Origin: Octopus vulgaris
Lineage: Eukaryota
Assembly: GCA_951406725.2 (NCBI GenBank)
Contig: OX597830.1
Span: 57,474,001-57,538,000 of the forward strand
Length of the DNA: 64,000 nt
Reading direction: 5' to 3'
In this document: piece after piece, positions 13,430 through 27,009 of the stretch
Position numbering within the stretch: position 1 is the stretch's first letter
How the letters are laid out: each line of letters opens with the position of its first letter
Notes under the pieces: generated by a model
What the model was told of the DNA's origin: nothing
What the model saw: the letters and a program-made list of their open reading frames with translations, nothing else
Database searches by the model: none
Made by a program: the position numbers and the translations under genes

Positions 13430-13850
13430 TGGCTGTGTGTTTAAGAAGCTCACTTCACAACCACATGGTTCCAGGTTCAGTCCCATAGTCTGACACCTTG
13501 AGCATGTGTCTTCCATAATAGTTCCGAGCCAACCAATGCTTTGTGAGTGAATTTGGTAGATGGAATGCGAGAGTAGAAACATGTTGAATATATATATTTG
13601 TGTGTGTGTGTGTGTTCCCTACAAGTGCTTCACAACCGGTGTTGGTTTCTTTATGGCCGGACCACCACGTCACAGAGATGTATTACAAACACAAAAACTC
13701 ATACACATATGAGAAGCTTCCATACAGTTTCCCTATACCAAATTCATTCACAAGGCATTGGTCAGCCTGGGGCAACAGTTGAAGATATTTACCCCCCAAG
13801 CACCACTCATTAAGACCGAACCTGAAACCACGCAGTTGTGAAGCGATGTA
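13430..13850. mobile_element. Two tRNA-derived SINE fragments in opposite orientation
   Basis: caaccacatggttccaggttcagtccc head as in the 60667 copy; inverted copy at 13710-13845. Confidence 0.75.
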
Positions 13851-13858
13851 GTTCCACT

Positions 13859-14023
13859 CACTAGTGTAGCTGGGGGGAGTGATAGGGGCGATCCACCCCG
13901 GACAGCACTTTTAAAGGAGCACCACTTTTGGGTCTGCTGTAGGTAATATGTGTTTTTTGTGGGGTCCAGGAGTGGCAAACGGAAGGACCGCCCTGGGCAG
14001 CACACACTCAAGCTACATTACTG
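13859..14023. mobile_element. hAT-type MITE
   Basis: Imperfect TIR cactagtgtagct / agctacattactg; 8-bp TSD gttccact / gttctact. Confidence 0.65.
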
Positions 14024-14729
14024 GTTCTACTGGCAGCGGAACAGAGCGCGACTGCCGAAGCGGCTTGATGGGGGAGAAAAAGAGGAGAAAAGAATATAAA
14101 ATTCGAATTTGAAATAAGAATGGAAGAAAGCCAGAAAGACAAACGAATGGTTTGTGCAAAGTAAACTTGAGTGTAATTCTAGAAGATCCAGTTTTTAGCC
14201 CTACACAGGTGGAGAGATGGAGGTGTGGGTTGACTGGTGTCCAATTGTTTATCTCTTTATTGTATCTGTGTCACAAGCGATACAATCTATAACAGGTGAA
14301 GGAAATTTCCACTTGTGTTAGTAAATCGTGTTATCATACCTAACACGCTAATCCTCACTTGTTATCGTCGAGAACATGGCCTAACAATTACTGGAGTGCA
14401 TCAATTACAAGTCACACCATCATGTTTCACTAGTTGATACATATGCATATTAACACATGTACATAAATATACATACATGCATACATAAATACAGACAGAC
14501 AGTCGTATATACACACACATACATGAGTACATACATACATATATACACACACAGACAAACGGGCCCTGGGGTATGTAACACTCTGCCTAAATACCAATCT
14601 TGGGAAATTCTCAGAACCAGGAAGGAGAAAGCTAAACTTTCCAGAGGTTTATCATTTAAATATATATGAGCATGTCTAGATATGCAACTGTATGCATGAG
14701 AATACATACATAAAACAAAACATAAAAAT

Positions 14730-14870
14730 CTGCACATATGCATACATACAAACAAAAATACCCTGTTGTTGATGTTGAAATTCGAATGAAGGAACCCTGG
14801 ATCTAGGTTAGAAACCGGTTCTTTCTCTATTGGCAAGCAATTTTGAAATAAAACTGAACAATGACATATA
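14730..14870. repeat. Dispersed repeat; reverse-complement copy at 54956-55065
   Basis: tgatgttgaaattc..gaaggaacc..ggat..aggttagaaaccgg..tttctctattggcaag shared. Confidence 0.75.
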
Positions 14871-15846
14871 TGAACATCAGAAGAGACATGAAATCAAAGC
14901 TAACACAAACCTTTCTCCAAGGAACGTTGGAAAATTCTACTTAACAGGGCAAAAAAAAGAAAACATCTAAAAATACTGCCAAAGGAACCAACCCCAAAAA
15001 TCGGATCAACAAATTTGATATACACAAACACATTCTTTTGTTCCCCGTTATTTACAGAAACACAATTCTCCCATTGAAAGCTCATTTCAGATTTAAGAGA
15101 GAATAATATAAATTAGAAAACAACAGTCATTGCTCTATCATACTTAAAATATTTCAGATACATTCTCCCTTATGAACCATAAAAAATGCAATGCAGTAAG
15201 TGTTGCAAATATCCTTGTTCAACAGAAGGCCTGGTGTTATGTAACACTGCAAACAGCAGAATAAGTTTATCTTTTACAAATTGCAAAACAGGGCAAATCA
15301 ATGAAGATAAAACAACAGCAGAAATAGTTGTGGAGTCAAACTAATCCAACACTGATGGAAGAACAAAACATAGGAATATATAAAGTCATCATTGGAAAAG
15401 AGCAGCACTTTAGAGACATCAGATGTAAACTAAAAAAACTCTCTGCAAAGTATATTATCATCATCATCATCATTATGACCTCTTAAATTTATGAAATGGA
15501 GAAGAATAATAAATGATGCAATCGCCTAAAACATATCTTCTTCATCAATCTTTCATTTTCGACTTTTAACCCATGACACCGAAGTCTGTGTTAACAAGTT
15601 CAGGGAAGTTCCAACGCCATTTTAGATTCAACTATGTTTTTCATTCCAGACTCTGTCCACCTGATGACAGATGGATAAGGTCTTTCCTAAATCTTACAAC
15701 AACGATAGAAGAAGACATCGGCCGTGTAAATGTAAATTCTCATCTACACCACGTACTGAGTATCTTTTCTCCTGTTTCCAATAACCAGAGCACACATGCA
15801 TGTGTGTGTGTGTGTGTGTACACAGTTAAGTATATGTCTGGTCATT

Positions 15847-15906
15847 GAGTGACCGATGGTTTCTCATCCATAAAGCGCCCAGCTCTATGGATGACTCGTC
15901 AGACTC
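15847..15906 (-). ncRNA. Type-I hammerhead ribozyme motif
   Basis: gagt-CTGACGA-g-tcatccatagag/ctttatggatga-GAAA-ccatcg-GTC-actc; the C that should close stem II is missing. Confidence 0.75.
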
Positions 15907-16699
15907 TAAAGCTGAAGGCATATGACTCTTCAACTCTGGGAGGTAGGAATCCATTATGGTCAGTTAGCAAGTAAACAAAGAATAAACAATCCGGGTCAGC
16001 GAGGTTGGGTTACCTCCCTTAGACCAGTCCCTATGGGTCCCAAAAAAAGGAGGAACAGGGAATTCCACCCTTTGGTTGCTTTTAGTTCATAAGGATCTTT
16101 TTGGATCTAATCAATGAATAGGGAATCCCGTGCTTGCAGCAGGTAGCATTTGAAATGGATGCAGGGCTTGCCAAGAGTTTAGTAATCCTGCTTTCAGGGA
16201 GTCTTTGAGGATCCTTGCTTGCTCATCTTTGTAAAGCTTGCAGCATCCACTCCTGTTAAAGGATCCTGGCAGCTCTATGATTCTCCACTAAAATGACAAC
16301 AGCCGCAGTGATATCACCAGACCCACGCCTTGTAATAGCAGCTCCAGCAGCACCAGCAGCAACAACATCTCCAGGCCTGGAGCCAACCAAAGATGTGCCA
16401 GAAATGTGAACACAGCCAGCACTCAAGCCCGGAAATATATCAGGTCAGCCGAGATTGCCTTCAAGTGGCGCCTGTACAACCACAGGTCCTCTTTCAGGAT
16501 CCCAGAAATATGATTTGTCACTTCCCAGTGATGCAGGAATCCCATACGACATCAAATATAGCTATCATGGGTAGGTATCCAACATGCCATCCGCAGGGAG
16601 GGACTTAACATACAGAGGGCACATGCCAGTCTATCCCAAAGGAAAATTCTGACGATGGAAAATACCACAGAGGTCACTGTGGGGTGTACACTCACCATC

Positions 16700-17152
16700 T
16701 GCCCCCTCAACGACATTAAAACATGCTAGAGGGCTTATGTGGTATGTGAAGGAGTCTGCAATAAATGTGGAGTATCTTCCATAGGGAGCACTACAAGGAA
16801 ACTACACAACAAAGGAGACTATGCAGACAGACACTTCGATAAAGAAGGGCCAAGCCCTGAATTTCAAAATTTCCATCGAGGCAACCCAACATAACAAGGG
16901 CAATCTTAGAATTATGGAAGCCCTCCTTATCAACAAATTGAGACCAGCCATTAACAACAGGAAAGAACTACACAAAAGCAGCAGCAGCAGCAACAACAAC
17001 AACAACAGCCTGCGCATGTCACCTTCACCCTTCCTCCCTCTCCCACACACACATCGGTGCAACTACCTTTTCCCAACCACCATTTTCCTGAATGTCCTGA
17101 AGAAGTGGTTTTTTCACCTTGAAAGATAGAAACACGAGGTAAAACTGCCACT
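16700..17152 (+). mobile_element. Penelope-like GIY-YIG tail with a truncated hammerhead
   Basis: [23 protein letters not shown]; CTGAAGA at 17097 followed by a long stem II, with GAAAC lost. Confidence 0.6.
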
Positions 17153-17229
17153 TTGTTCTGCTTTCTTTTCAATTTGCAGCCTTTGTACCTTCCTGCATTG
17201 TTCTGGCTTTTCACAACTGCATTCTTTAA

Positions 17230-17258
17230 AATACATACATACCTACATACATATATAT

Positions 17259-17332
<74 letters not shown>

Positions 17333-17335
17333 GTG

Positions 17336-17413
<78 letters not shown>

Positions 17414-17545
17414 GTATGTATATTATGTATATTCATACACATATACATACATGCATACATACATACATACATGCATACATACATGCATACATACATGCAT
17501 ACATACATGCATACATACATGCATACATACATGCACTCACACACA
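17230..17545. repeat. (AT)n/(ATAC)n microsatellites
   Basis: Direct reading. Confidence 0.95.
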
Positions 17546-18034
17546 AATTAGAACTGCCTTTTACTGTTGCTGTTGGGTTTGCTCTGGCTAAAAAAACTGT
17601 TCAAAGGCGTTCCAGTTATAGCCACTCCATCGTTCTCATGAGTATTGCTTAGCAAGGACTATAATCCAATACATACCACCCTTTTATTAAAGTGTAGCTT
17701 AAAATTTAAGCATGATTTGGGTGCTATTTTTTTATAGATTGTTTTTCTAGAGCCAATCTTCTAAGATATAAAGTAGGAAGTGTATATGTCAGCACCCTTT
17801 CAGTTTGTATGTAGTCAATAATACTGACATTTTTATCGTATATTGCATAATGCTCATTGAATATCTGACAAAACAAGGAAGACAAGATAACATGAGATAA
17901 ATGTGAGCTGGAGGAGTTTAAGGACCTGAATTTGTGGTTGTGGAGGAGACAGCAGACGTGTTGTGTAAATGGTTGTCGTCATTGTCGTTGTCGGTGGTGG
18001 TGTTTTTTATGACCCAAATAAATCACTGAAAATA

Positions 18035-18400
18035 ACTCAGGTGTGGTTGTGTAAGAGGCTTGTTTCTCAACCACATGGTTCAAGGTTCAGTCCCACCGCA
18101 TGGTACCTTGGGCAAGTGTCTTCTTCGATAGGCTCAGACTGACCAAAACCTTGTGGGTGGATATGGTAGGCAGAAACTAAAAGAAGCCTGTAGTATATAT
18201 TTGCGTGTGTGTGTGTGTCTGTGTTTGTCCCCCACCACTGCTTGACAACTGGTGTTGGTGTGTTTACGTCCCCGTAAATTCGCAGTTTGGTGAAAGAGAA
18301 AGATAGAATAAGTACTAGGCTTCAAATAAATTAAGTAATAGGATCGATTCAAGGTGGTGCTACAGCATGGACACAGTCTAATGACTGAAATAAGTGAAAA
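18035..18400 (+). mobile_element. tRNA-derived SINE with CR1-like tail
   Basis: Collinear with 60667-61110. Confidence 0.85.
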
Positions 18401-18419
18401 AAAAAGAAAAGATAAAGAT

Positions 18420-20330
18420 ATATCCTAATGAGATAGAGGATAAGGACAAAAATGTCGAATCCCTTGGATAAGGAATGTAATGGCAGCGAAAAGCCCAACC
18501 TGAAAATGGCGCTTTTAGGGACTGAGAATAAAATCAGACTCACCCATGAAAAAGAAAGGGTAAACGGGGAAGCGAGGGCGGTGGGGAATATAAAAAGAAA
18601 CCCTAAAGCCTTCTACAAGTTCACAAAAGAATCTGCCACAGTGCAATACAAGACAGGGCCCCTGTTTGATGAAAAGGGCTTACTGACTGCAGACCCCAAG
18701 AGAATAAGTGAAGCATTCAATAAACAATTCCAAAGTGTTTTCACCTTCCCACTAGAAAATATGAAAATAAGCAAAGATGATGAGTTCTTCAACACCTCCA
18801 AGAGAAAAAGGCAACCATCAATTCTATTGACATTACAGAAGAAGATGTATTGTCAGTCATTGACAAGATAAATCCAAACTCTGCAACAGGCCCAGATGGG
18901 CTCCCAGCAATTCTGTTAAAAACATGCAAGAAAGCTCTTGCAAAACCACTGCAAATGCTTTTCCAGAGTTCCCTTGAATGCGGTACATTTCCTCAAATGT
19001 TAAAAGAAGCAATAATCTGTGCTGTCCACAAAGAAGGAAGTAGAGCAGATGCTATAAACTACAGGCCTAACTCTCTTACTTCACATGCCAGCAAGATCAT
19101 GGAACGCATTGTCAGAAAAACAAAAACTGACCATGTTCTTTGAAGAAAATAACTTGCTTACAGACATGCAACATGGTTTCCGCCTGGAAGGGGCTGCCTA
19201 ACACAGCTACTACAGCACTTCGACTGGGTACTAAAACAACAGCTCAACCATTCAAATGTGGATGTGATATATCTTGACTTTGCCAAGGCCTTTGACAAAG
19301 TCAATTATGGGATGATATGTTACAAATTGCGTGACCTTAGTATCGCTGGTAGACTGGATGAATGGCTGCATGATTTCTTGAAGGGCAGAAGTCAGGCTGT
19401 CACAGCAAATGATGCTCCCTCTGAAGTGACACCAATCCTCAGTGCAAAATATACTATACGTTAATGCAAGAAATATTGTGTTTATTGACTATCTTCATAA
19501 TGATCAATGGAAAGTTCAATGCCAACTTGCTAAGGTAGTTATGATAGGCTATCAAGATCAAACACCCAGAAAAACTGATGAATGGGGTCTTGTTTCATTA
19601 GGACAATGCTCCAGCACACAAGTCCTTGGTTTCAATGGTGTCTGTGCCTGACTGGCTTTGAACTGGTTGCTCACCCTCCACATGTTAGTGATTTGGTTCC
19701 ATCTGGTTATCATCTGTTTCCCAACATAGAAGAACACTCAGCTAGGCACCAGCATCACTGTGATGATGACGTCTTATCTGCTGTTGATGACCATTTTGAC
19801 CAACAGAATGGCTTCTTCATCAGGGCAATCCAAACACTGCAACTTCTTATGGAAGTGTGTGGACAGTAAGAGGAACGACGTTAAAAAATGAACTTCATTT
19901 GGTCCCATTCCATGAGAGTGTCTTGCTCAGCCTACAAACATTTCAGCCGACCCTCATAATAATAATAACTATCATACCTGCATTTGTTTTAACATTAACA
20001 TTAAAAAAATCTACATTTTTCATTAAAAAATTTGTACCTAGGTTTGCACCAACTAAGCAAATTTTGTTGCTGAACCACTGTCCAAAGCAGAAGGTACACT
20101 ATTGTTTGTGGTTGCTCTCTTGGGCATGTCCTCAGCCATAGAGTCAGTCACACTCACCAGCTACACCAACGATACAAAAGTATCGCAGCAGGTCAAGGCT
20201 CCTACTGACATCCTAAGACTGCAGAATGACCTGAACGAAATGTATAAATGGGCAAACAAGAATAATATGCAGTTCAATGGTGCAAAATTTCAAGCACTCC
20301 CATATCAACTCACTAACCAGAAGTACAAGG
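18420..20330 (+). mobile_element. Decayed CR1-type LINE RT, interrupted by a mariner fragment
   Basis: ATGPDGLPAILLK, NYRPNSLTSH, YLDFAKAFDKV, YTNDTK; same family as 55.5-57.6 kb. Confidence 0.9.
19445..19958 (+). mobile_element. Mariner transposase 3' remnant nested in the LINE
   Basis: HPPHVSDLVPSGYHLFPN corresponds to the HPPYSPDLAPSDYHLF motif; TIR-like end ..ttcagccgaccctcata. Confidence 0.8.
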
Positions 20331-20424
20331 TCGTGTCTCATTTTCATGTGTAGGTATTGGTCAAGCAGATGTTTGACGCAATGACGAGCGAGTTGATGTG
20401 GGTGTCAGTCGTGCCGATGTTTAA

Positions 20425-20785
20425 CGTAATTCCCCTTCCTCGGAACTTTCCACGAGTAATTCCTTCCCCATCCTCGGAATTTTTAAGCAAGTAATTCCTC
20501 CCATTCCTCCTCCTCGGAACTTTGCAGGAAATGATTCCTCCACCTCCTCGGAACTCTCCAGGAATTATTTCCTCCCCTCCCTCTTTCTCCTCAGAACTTT
20601 CCAGGAAATCATTCCTCTCTCTCCTCTGAACTTTCCAGGAATTAATTGCTACCCGTCCTCTGCCTTCTCAGAACTTTCTGGGAAGTTATTCCTCCCTACT
20701 CGGAACTTTCAAGGAAGTAATTCCTCCCCTTCCTCGGAACTTTCCAGGAAGTAATTACTCACCCTCCTCTCCTTCCTCGAAACTT
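20425..20785. repeat. Degenerate ~33-45 bp minisatellite (cctcggaactttccaggaagtaattcctccc)
   Basis: About 9 imperfect copies. Confidence 0.85.
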
Positions 20786-21049
20786 TACATTCATATACAT
20801 GTAAAGTATCCGCATGTCATTGGTCTACTGCTAGTCTCATGACTTGAACGTAATCTAAAATAGCTAAGACAATGCATGGGACAGCAAGCGCTCGAGCCTC
20901 AACAGATGAAGTACACGATAGCAAATGTAGACATACGTCAGCCGCTAAGATGTCCGTGATAGACGTAGGGCAGCTCTACATCGTATATTTACATTAACTG
21001 TGGGTAAGCAAGCAAAAGTGTGATCGCATATTTGCGGCAACCATTGTCA

Positions 21050-23255
21050 AGGGGTTAAGGCTCTTTTCCGTCATGTCGTTCTGTTTTAGGCCTCTTCTCA
21101 TCGTGCCCTGCCGTGACGAGTTTAAGCTAATTCATCTTGTGTCGCGCCATGCTGAGGTGAGGCTCCTCCCCGTTGTGCCATCAGAGTCAAGGCTCCTTTC
21201 TGTCGTGCGGTACCGTTTTGACTGAAGGCTCCTTTCCCCTGTGTCACGCCGTTCCTAGTTAAGGCTCTTCCTTATCATGCTGCACCATGTGGAGGTAAAG
21301 CTCCTTCCCGTTGTGCCATTCCAAGCTAATGCTCCTTCCTATCGTGCCATGCCCTGCTGAATTTAGGCTCATTCCTCTCGTGACATGCTATTCCGAGTTA
21401 AGGCTCCTTCCCGTCGTTTCATGCCATTCCGAGTGAAGGCAGTTTTATCCTTCTGCACCATGCCGAGTTAAGGCTCCTTTGCTTTGTGTAGTGCCGTGCC
21501 GAGTTAAGGTACCTTTCTGTCGTGTTGTGCCATTCCGAGTTGAGGCTCCTCGTTGTGCTGTGCCGTGCCAATTTAAGAATCCTTTCCATCATGCAATTCC
21601 GAGCTAAGGCTACTTCATGTCATGCTGTTTCATCTCGAGTCAAGACTCCTTCATCTCGTGTCATGTCTCTTTGAGTTAACGCTCCACTCTGTCGCGCTGT
21701 ACCATACCGTGCCGAGTGAAAGTTTTTTTTCCCCATCGTGCTGTTCCAAGCTAAGGCTCCTTCCAGTCATGCAGTGCACTTCCGACTTAAAGCTCCTTCA
21801 GGTCGTGCCATTCCAAATCAAGGCTCCCCCCCATCAAGCCATGCCAAGTTAAGACTCCTCCCCGTCATACCATGCCATGCAGAGTTAAGGCACCTTTCTT
21901 TCATGTCAGTTTGAGCGAACGCTCCTTCCTATCGTGCCGTGCCGTGCCTTGCTGAGTCTAGACTCATTCGTCCCTTGTCGTGCCGTGCCGTGCCTTGCTG
22001 AGTCTAGACTCATTCGTCCCTTGTTGTGCCGTGCCGTGCCTTGCTGAGTCTAGACTCATTCGTCCCTTGTCGTGCCGTGCCGTGCTGAGTCTAGACTCAT
22101 TCGTCCCTTGTCGTGCCGTGCCGTGCCTTGCTGAGTCTAGACTCATTCGTCCCTTGTCGTGCCGTGCCATGCCTTGCTGAGTCTAGACTCATTCGTCCCT
22201 TGTCGTGCCGTGCCGTGCCTTGCTGAGTCTAGACTCATTCGCCCCTTGTCGTGCCGTGCCGTGCCTTGCTGAGTCTAGACTCATTCGTCCCTTGTCGTGC
22301 CGTGCCGTGCCTTGCTGAGTCTAGACTCATTCGTCCCTTGTCGTGCCGTGCCGTGCCTTGCTGAGTCTAGACTCATTCGTCCCTTGTCGTGCCGTGCCGT
22401 GCCTTGCTGAGTCTAGACTCATTCGTCCCTTGTCGTGCCGTGCCGTGCCTTGCTGAGTCTAGACTCATTCGTCCCTTGTCGTGCCGTGCCGAGTTAAGGC
22501 TCCATTCCTGTCTTGTCATGCCATTTTGAGTCAAGGCAGTTTGATAAAACTTTCCTTCCTGTCATGCTGGGCCGTGCTGAGTTAAGGCTCCTTTGACTCC
22601 CATTATGCAGTTCTGAGTTAAGGCTCCTTAGCCCTGTGCAGAGATAAGGTCCATCACCGTCGTGCTGTACCGTCTAGAGTTAAGGCTCCTTCCCGTCGGG
22701 TTGTGCCATGTCTTGTTAAGTTTCCTCCCCATCGTGCCGTTCCAAGTGAAGGCTTCTTCCCGTCATGTCGTGCCATTCCGTGTCAAGGCTTCTTTCCATC
22801 GTGCAGTGCCGAGTTAAGGCAGTTTGCCAAAATTTGTCCTTCCCAACATACCCTGCCATCTCGAGTTAATGATCCTTCCCATTGCGCCGCGCCGTGGGGA
22901 CTTGAACCACCTCCCCGTCGTGATGTTCGGAGCTAATGCTCCATCCTGTCGTGCCGTGCCGTGCCAAATTTAGGCTCATTCATCTCGTGTCGCACCGTGC
23001 CAAGTTAAAGCTCCTTTCCCCCGTGTCATGCCGTTCCGAGTTAAGGCAGGTTGATAAAACTTTCCTTCATGTGATGCCGTGACATGTTAAGGCTCCTTTC
23101 CCCCGTGTCGTGCCGTGCCAAGTTAAGGCTGCTTCCTGTCGTTTTCTGCAGTTCCTTGTTAAAGCTCCTTCCCGTCGTGCCGTGCCGTTCCAACTTAAGG
23201 TTCCTTTCCCCCGTGTCGTGCCGTTCCTAGTTAAGGCTTTCCATGTTGTGCCGAT
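21050..23255. repeat. Satellite array of degenerate (gtcgtgccgtgccgagttaaggctccttcc) units with a homogeneous 46-bp x12 core at 21931-22490
   Basis: Core unit gtcgtgccgtgccgtgccttgctgagtctagactcattcgtccctt. Confidence 0.95.
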
Positions 23256-23937
23256 TTCTTAAAGCGTCCTGAGAGTGTGAATGAAGGAAATGAAGAAACG
23301 TTTTGTCCGGTGTACCTAATATGTGCTACTTCGGCTTTTGGTTACGCATCCAACTTATTGAATAATCACGTGAATGCTTTTATGGAAAGTTACATATAAA
23401 CGCTGTTGAACATTGAATTCAAGGAATTTAGTTGAGTAGCAAATCTATTTATTTATTTTTACACTGGAAGAGTTGATAATGTGATGGCGGTTAGGAGACA
23501 GTAAGTCTGAAATTACTGTCTCCTTGGCCAAAACTAATATATGCATGCGTGCGTGTGTGTGTGGGGGGGGAATGAGAAATACCAAAGTTTATCATTTTGA
23601 AATTGTATCATAACCTCCGCCACTATCCTCACACACACACACACACACACACGCAAGTATCGGTTGTCTTTTTACAATTGTATCACAGCCTTATCGCTTC
23701 TCTCCCACCCCCACCGCGCACACACACCAAAGAAACAATGTTACACTGTCGCGCAGCGTTGCTGATATCAGATAAAACAAAACCCTCAGTGAATCAGGCT
23801 TTTATCAGGAGACACATGACAAAGGTTAGGGCTGATAGTCCTCACACGATTTAGCCCTAGGTCAACCATGAATGAGCAGACCTAAGACTGAAGGCATTAT
23901 ATCCATGGCCATCCCATTTTTCACTAAGGCTATGTAG

Positions 23938-24341
23938 GGATCTTTTCGGTTTGAACGGCAGTTTTTAACATAATTTCTAGGTAACTAAAAAATTTTAAAC
24001 TTCGTATACTGGTAGAATTTGTTTATAAAACATCTTTTTCTCTTGGCTTTCTTGAGAAAATTCTATAGTTTGTAAGATATTTGTTGGTTTTTTTCTTCAA
24101 TTTCTGCAATTTCAACCAATCAATGACGTCTATTGAGGTGAAAACATTCTGTGCCGCATGAATATGTCCCTCGTTTAAGAAACAGATTGGGTTTATTTAC
24201 ATTTGTGAAGAAAAAAAAGATACCCTCCCCCCAACCCTAAAACAGATTGAAATGCAATAGATCGATACTAGGGTCATAATTATGGGTGACAATTTCATAT
24301 GACACCGCTAGAAAAAACTGCCGTTCAAACCGAAAAGCTCT
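23938..24341. mobile_element. Merlin-like MITE
   Basis: TIR ggatcttttcggtttgaacggcagtttt / aaaactgccgttcaaaccgaaaagctct; inverted copy of 28391-28829. Confidence 0.85.
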
Positions 24342-24774
24342 CTATGGGTAGGACTACATTGTCTAATATTTTTTTGCTTTTTGTTTTATTTATTATAGAT
24401 GCAGTTTGAAGTTGATTTGGCTGCTCTTTCTAGCAGGTTCAGCATTTGCATAAAGGCTCATTCGATAACTTGCAAAGTTAAAGTTGATAGTAGTCTTTAG
24501 ACTGGATTAGCCTCGATCGTGCAGCCCTGGATGCAAAACTCTTGACTGTGTCGCCGTTTAGTCTTGATCTATATTATCACATGAAGCTATCCTTATTTAA
24601 CGCGTTAAGATGTGTGTTAATCGAGGGAGATTTGGCTGCTATTTGCTTCAAGTCAGCATCTGCCACTCCACCGTTACTTTTCTCTCCGAATGAAACTCAA
24701 ACTTGCTGTTTTCTCTTCAAGCAAAGGTTGAAAGAGAAAACTGTTTTCAGTTCTTTTCATTTTGTCCGCCACAG

Positions 24775-24916
24775 AACGTCTCCCACCATAGCCACAAACC
24801 AGACGTCCTGCTCGCTCAAAGGAAGGCTGTGGAACTTTACAATGGATTCAAACGAGAGCCTGATCTGTTCTATACATGGACACGTCCTCTGCGTGGAGGA
24901 TGTTAACGCCAAATGA
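24775..24916 (+). CDS. Candidate terminal exon of an unknown gene (frame uncertain)
   Basis: Strong acceptor ttcttttcattttgtccgccacag|; two frames stay open for over 40 codons in unique sequence. Confidence 0.3.
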
Positions 24917-25399
24917 ACTGCCTGACTAATTTGAAGTCAAAATGAAACGACTGAATGCAGCTGTTTGGGATGCTGGCGATTTGGTATTGCTGACGGTCAC
25001 TGAACCTGATTTGGCGAGGCAAATACACATGCGCGCAAAGAAATATACACATGGAGATGGAGAGAGGAGGGAGAGAGAGAGAGAGACGAGGTAGAGAAAT
25101 ACACTACAATTTATGAATTGAAAACGATTGGCATAAACACTTTCCCTCTCTTCATATACATAAAGAGAAATATTCTCACACATATAAACAGAGGGAGAGA
25201 GGGGGAAGCTGAGAGAGAAAGAGAGAATGGGAGAAACATTAAAAAGTTTGATGTCAAATAAGTCAGCGTCAAATCAACAACGCCGAGTAGGTGACGCCAA
25301 AACGGCTGTGCCATGACGTCTCCTTCCCTGATGGAAAATGTTTCTTTCACGAGAAGCAACGAAATCGACTACAATCCGGTCCGACGAAAACTTGAGATA

Positions 25400-25985
25400 T
25401 GAGACTCAGGCGGCGATGATACAATGGAGGCGATGTGTGGATTCATCACCTCTTTCCGCTTTTCTAAGGATAGCTTCTCAGCCCATTTCTAGATGAGACT
25501 GATCACCCTGCTTATAACTTTGTCCAAATTCCTATCCATCTGTAGCTTAATGGCTCATGCGTCCATCGCCTTATGATGCTGTGTAACGGCATGGACTTGG
25601 TTTTTCTAAGAGCCAAGATGCAAGCCTATTGACTTGTTAATAACATTTTGGTGAAGATACTAGCAAAAATATTGGCGTTTGTCATCGAAGATATGTTCGG
25701 GAAGGCACAGACATACGCGGTCACGAGTAAATCTATCCATTACAACCTCCACTTCATGCGACTATTTCAATTTCGGTGGTGTCCGACACCATTATGGTGA
25801 TGTCGTCTGCATCTGCCGAGAAGGTTCATCTGCATCCCAGTTTGAATGGGATGCTTCTCAATACCTCCAATTTCCGCCTTAATGGTTCGAGGGCCAGTGC
25901 ATACAGAAGGAAGAGGTCGTCTCTGACAGTCTGAGTGAGTGATTTGAAACACCTCCGATGGGTGGCCATTTAATCTGACATTCAA
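25400..25985 (-). mobile_element. Tx1-type RT fragment (25760-25985) next to a possible LTR integrase relic
   Basis: VRLNGHPSEVF..ALEPLRRKLEVLRSIP..SADADDITIMVSD; then VVMDRFTR..LPEHIFDD. Confidence 0.5.
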
Positions 25986-26964
25986 TAGATGGCGCTACGC
26001 ATAGAAATGATCCAACGCCTAAACTATTTCTCGAAAACCGCACAGATCTACTTTGAAACGAGTAACCCTAACCCAACCTGGATCACTAAACACAAAATTA
26101 TGGCTTTGCAGTCATGTCGCATCTCTACTTTCGGAATTCGTTGAATGATTTTCATTCTCTCTTGTTTTAGAACATGCACTTTAGCTTTGAAAATTCAACC
26201 TATGAATTTCGCGTTAAAGAAATGGCCAAGAGTCATTCTCACCTCCAGTACTGAGGTCACGGTGTCTTTCTTAATCCCTTCTGCTAATTCGTTTATTAGT
26301 TTCTTCTCTAATTTATTTTTCTTTGTCTTTCATCTTAGCTAAACTTTCTCTAATCTTCATCTTGCGGGTACCCTACCACCAATTGTCGATAATTGCCCCG
26401 TCAACATCCGCCTAACTAGTTCACCAATTCGGTCAACGTAGGTTTTGCGTGCCGGAATCAAAGCGTTTAGCTTCAGTTTGCAGGATCTTTGTTTATGCAT
26501 CCTAACTTTGTGAAAATCGCAAATGTGTGGTCTGCGTGACTGGCTAGAGTTTAAATAATGGACACTACTCTATCTTTGTCTGCTGAGCAAACAAACACCT
26601 TATCTAGACACGATCTAGATGACCAGACGCAGTTGCTTGATGCACACACTAAGTCATTGAGCGAGAAATCCTATCTGTAACTTTCAGGCAATTGAAGCAG
26701 CCTAAACAGGTTTGTGAGGACTTTAAACCCTTTCACCCATTGACTAAGGATCCAGACTTGTCCCAGCTTGTGTCTAAAATATCAAACCAGTCTCCACTAG
26801 TAATAAAAAGCTGAATAGTTTCAAGAAAGTGTCCAGATGCTAGGAGAAATCCAGTTGCACGTCTTAGTGGGACCACAAATGGCCTCTAGCCAAAAGCACA
26901 AAAGCACAGCTGCTGTTCTCGTCTAGCAGCATCAGCATGTCATCCTTAAGCAAGAATATTATTG

Positions 26965-27009
26965 ACAGTGACTTCGAAGTTTCGGCCAACTAAGCCATCG
27001 TCGAACTGT
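26965..27009 (-). ncRNA. Minimal type-I hammerhead with degenerate core
   Basis: acagt-TCGACGA-tggcttagttggcc-GAAAC-ttcgaa-GTC-actgt. Confidence 0.65.

Noticed and set aside
21931-22490. CRISPR-like palindromic repeat array
   Set aside because: No unique spacers, no cas genes, eukaryotic context
24889-24906. LRGGC ubiquitin-like C-terminus
   Set aside because: Upstream residues show no ubiquitin-fold similarity
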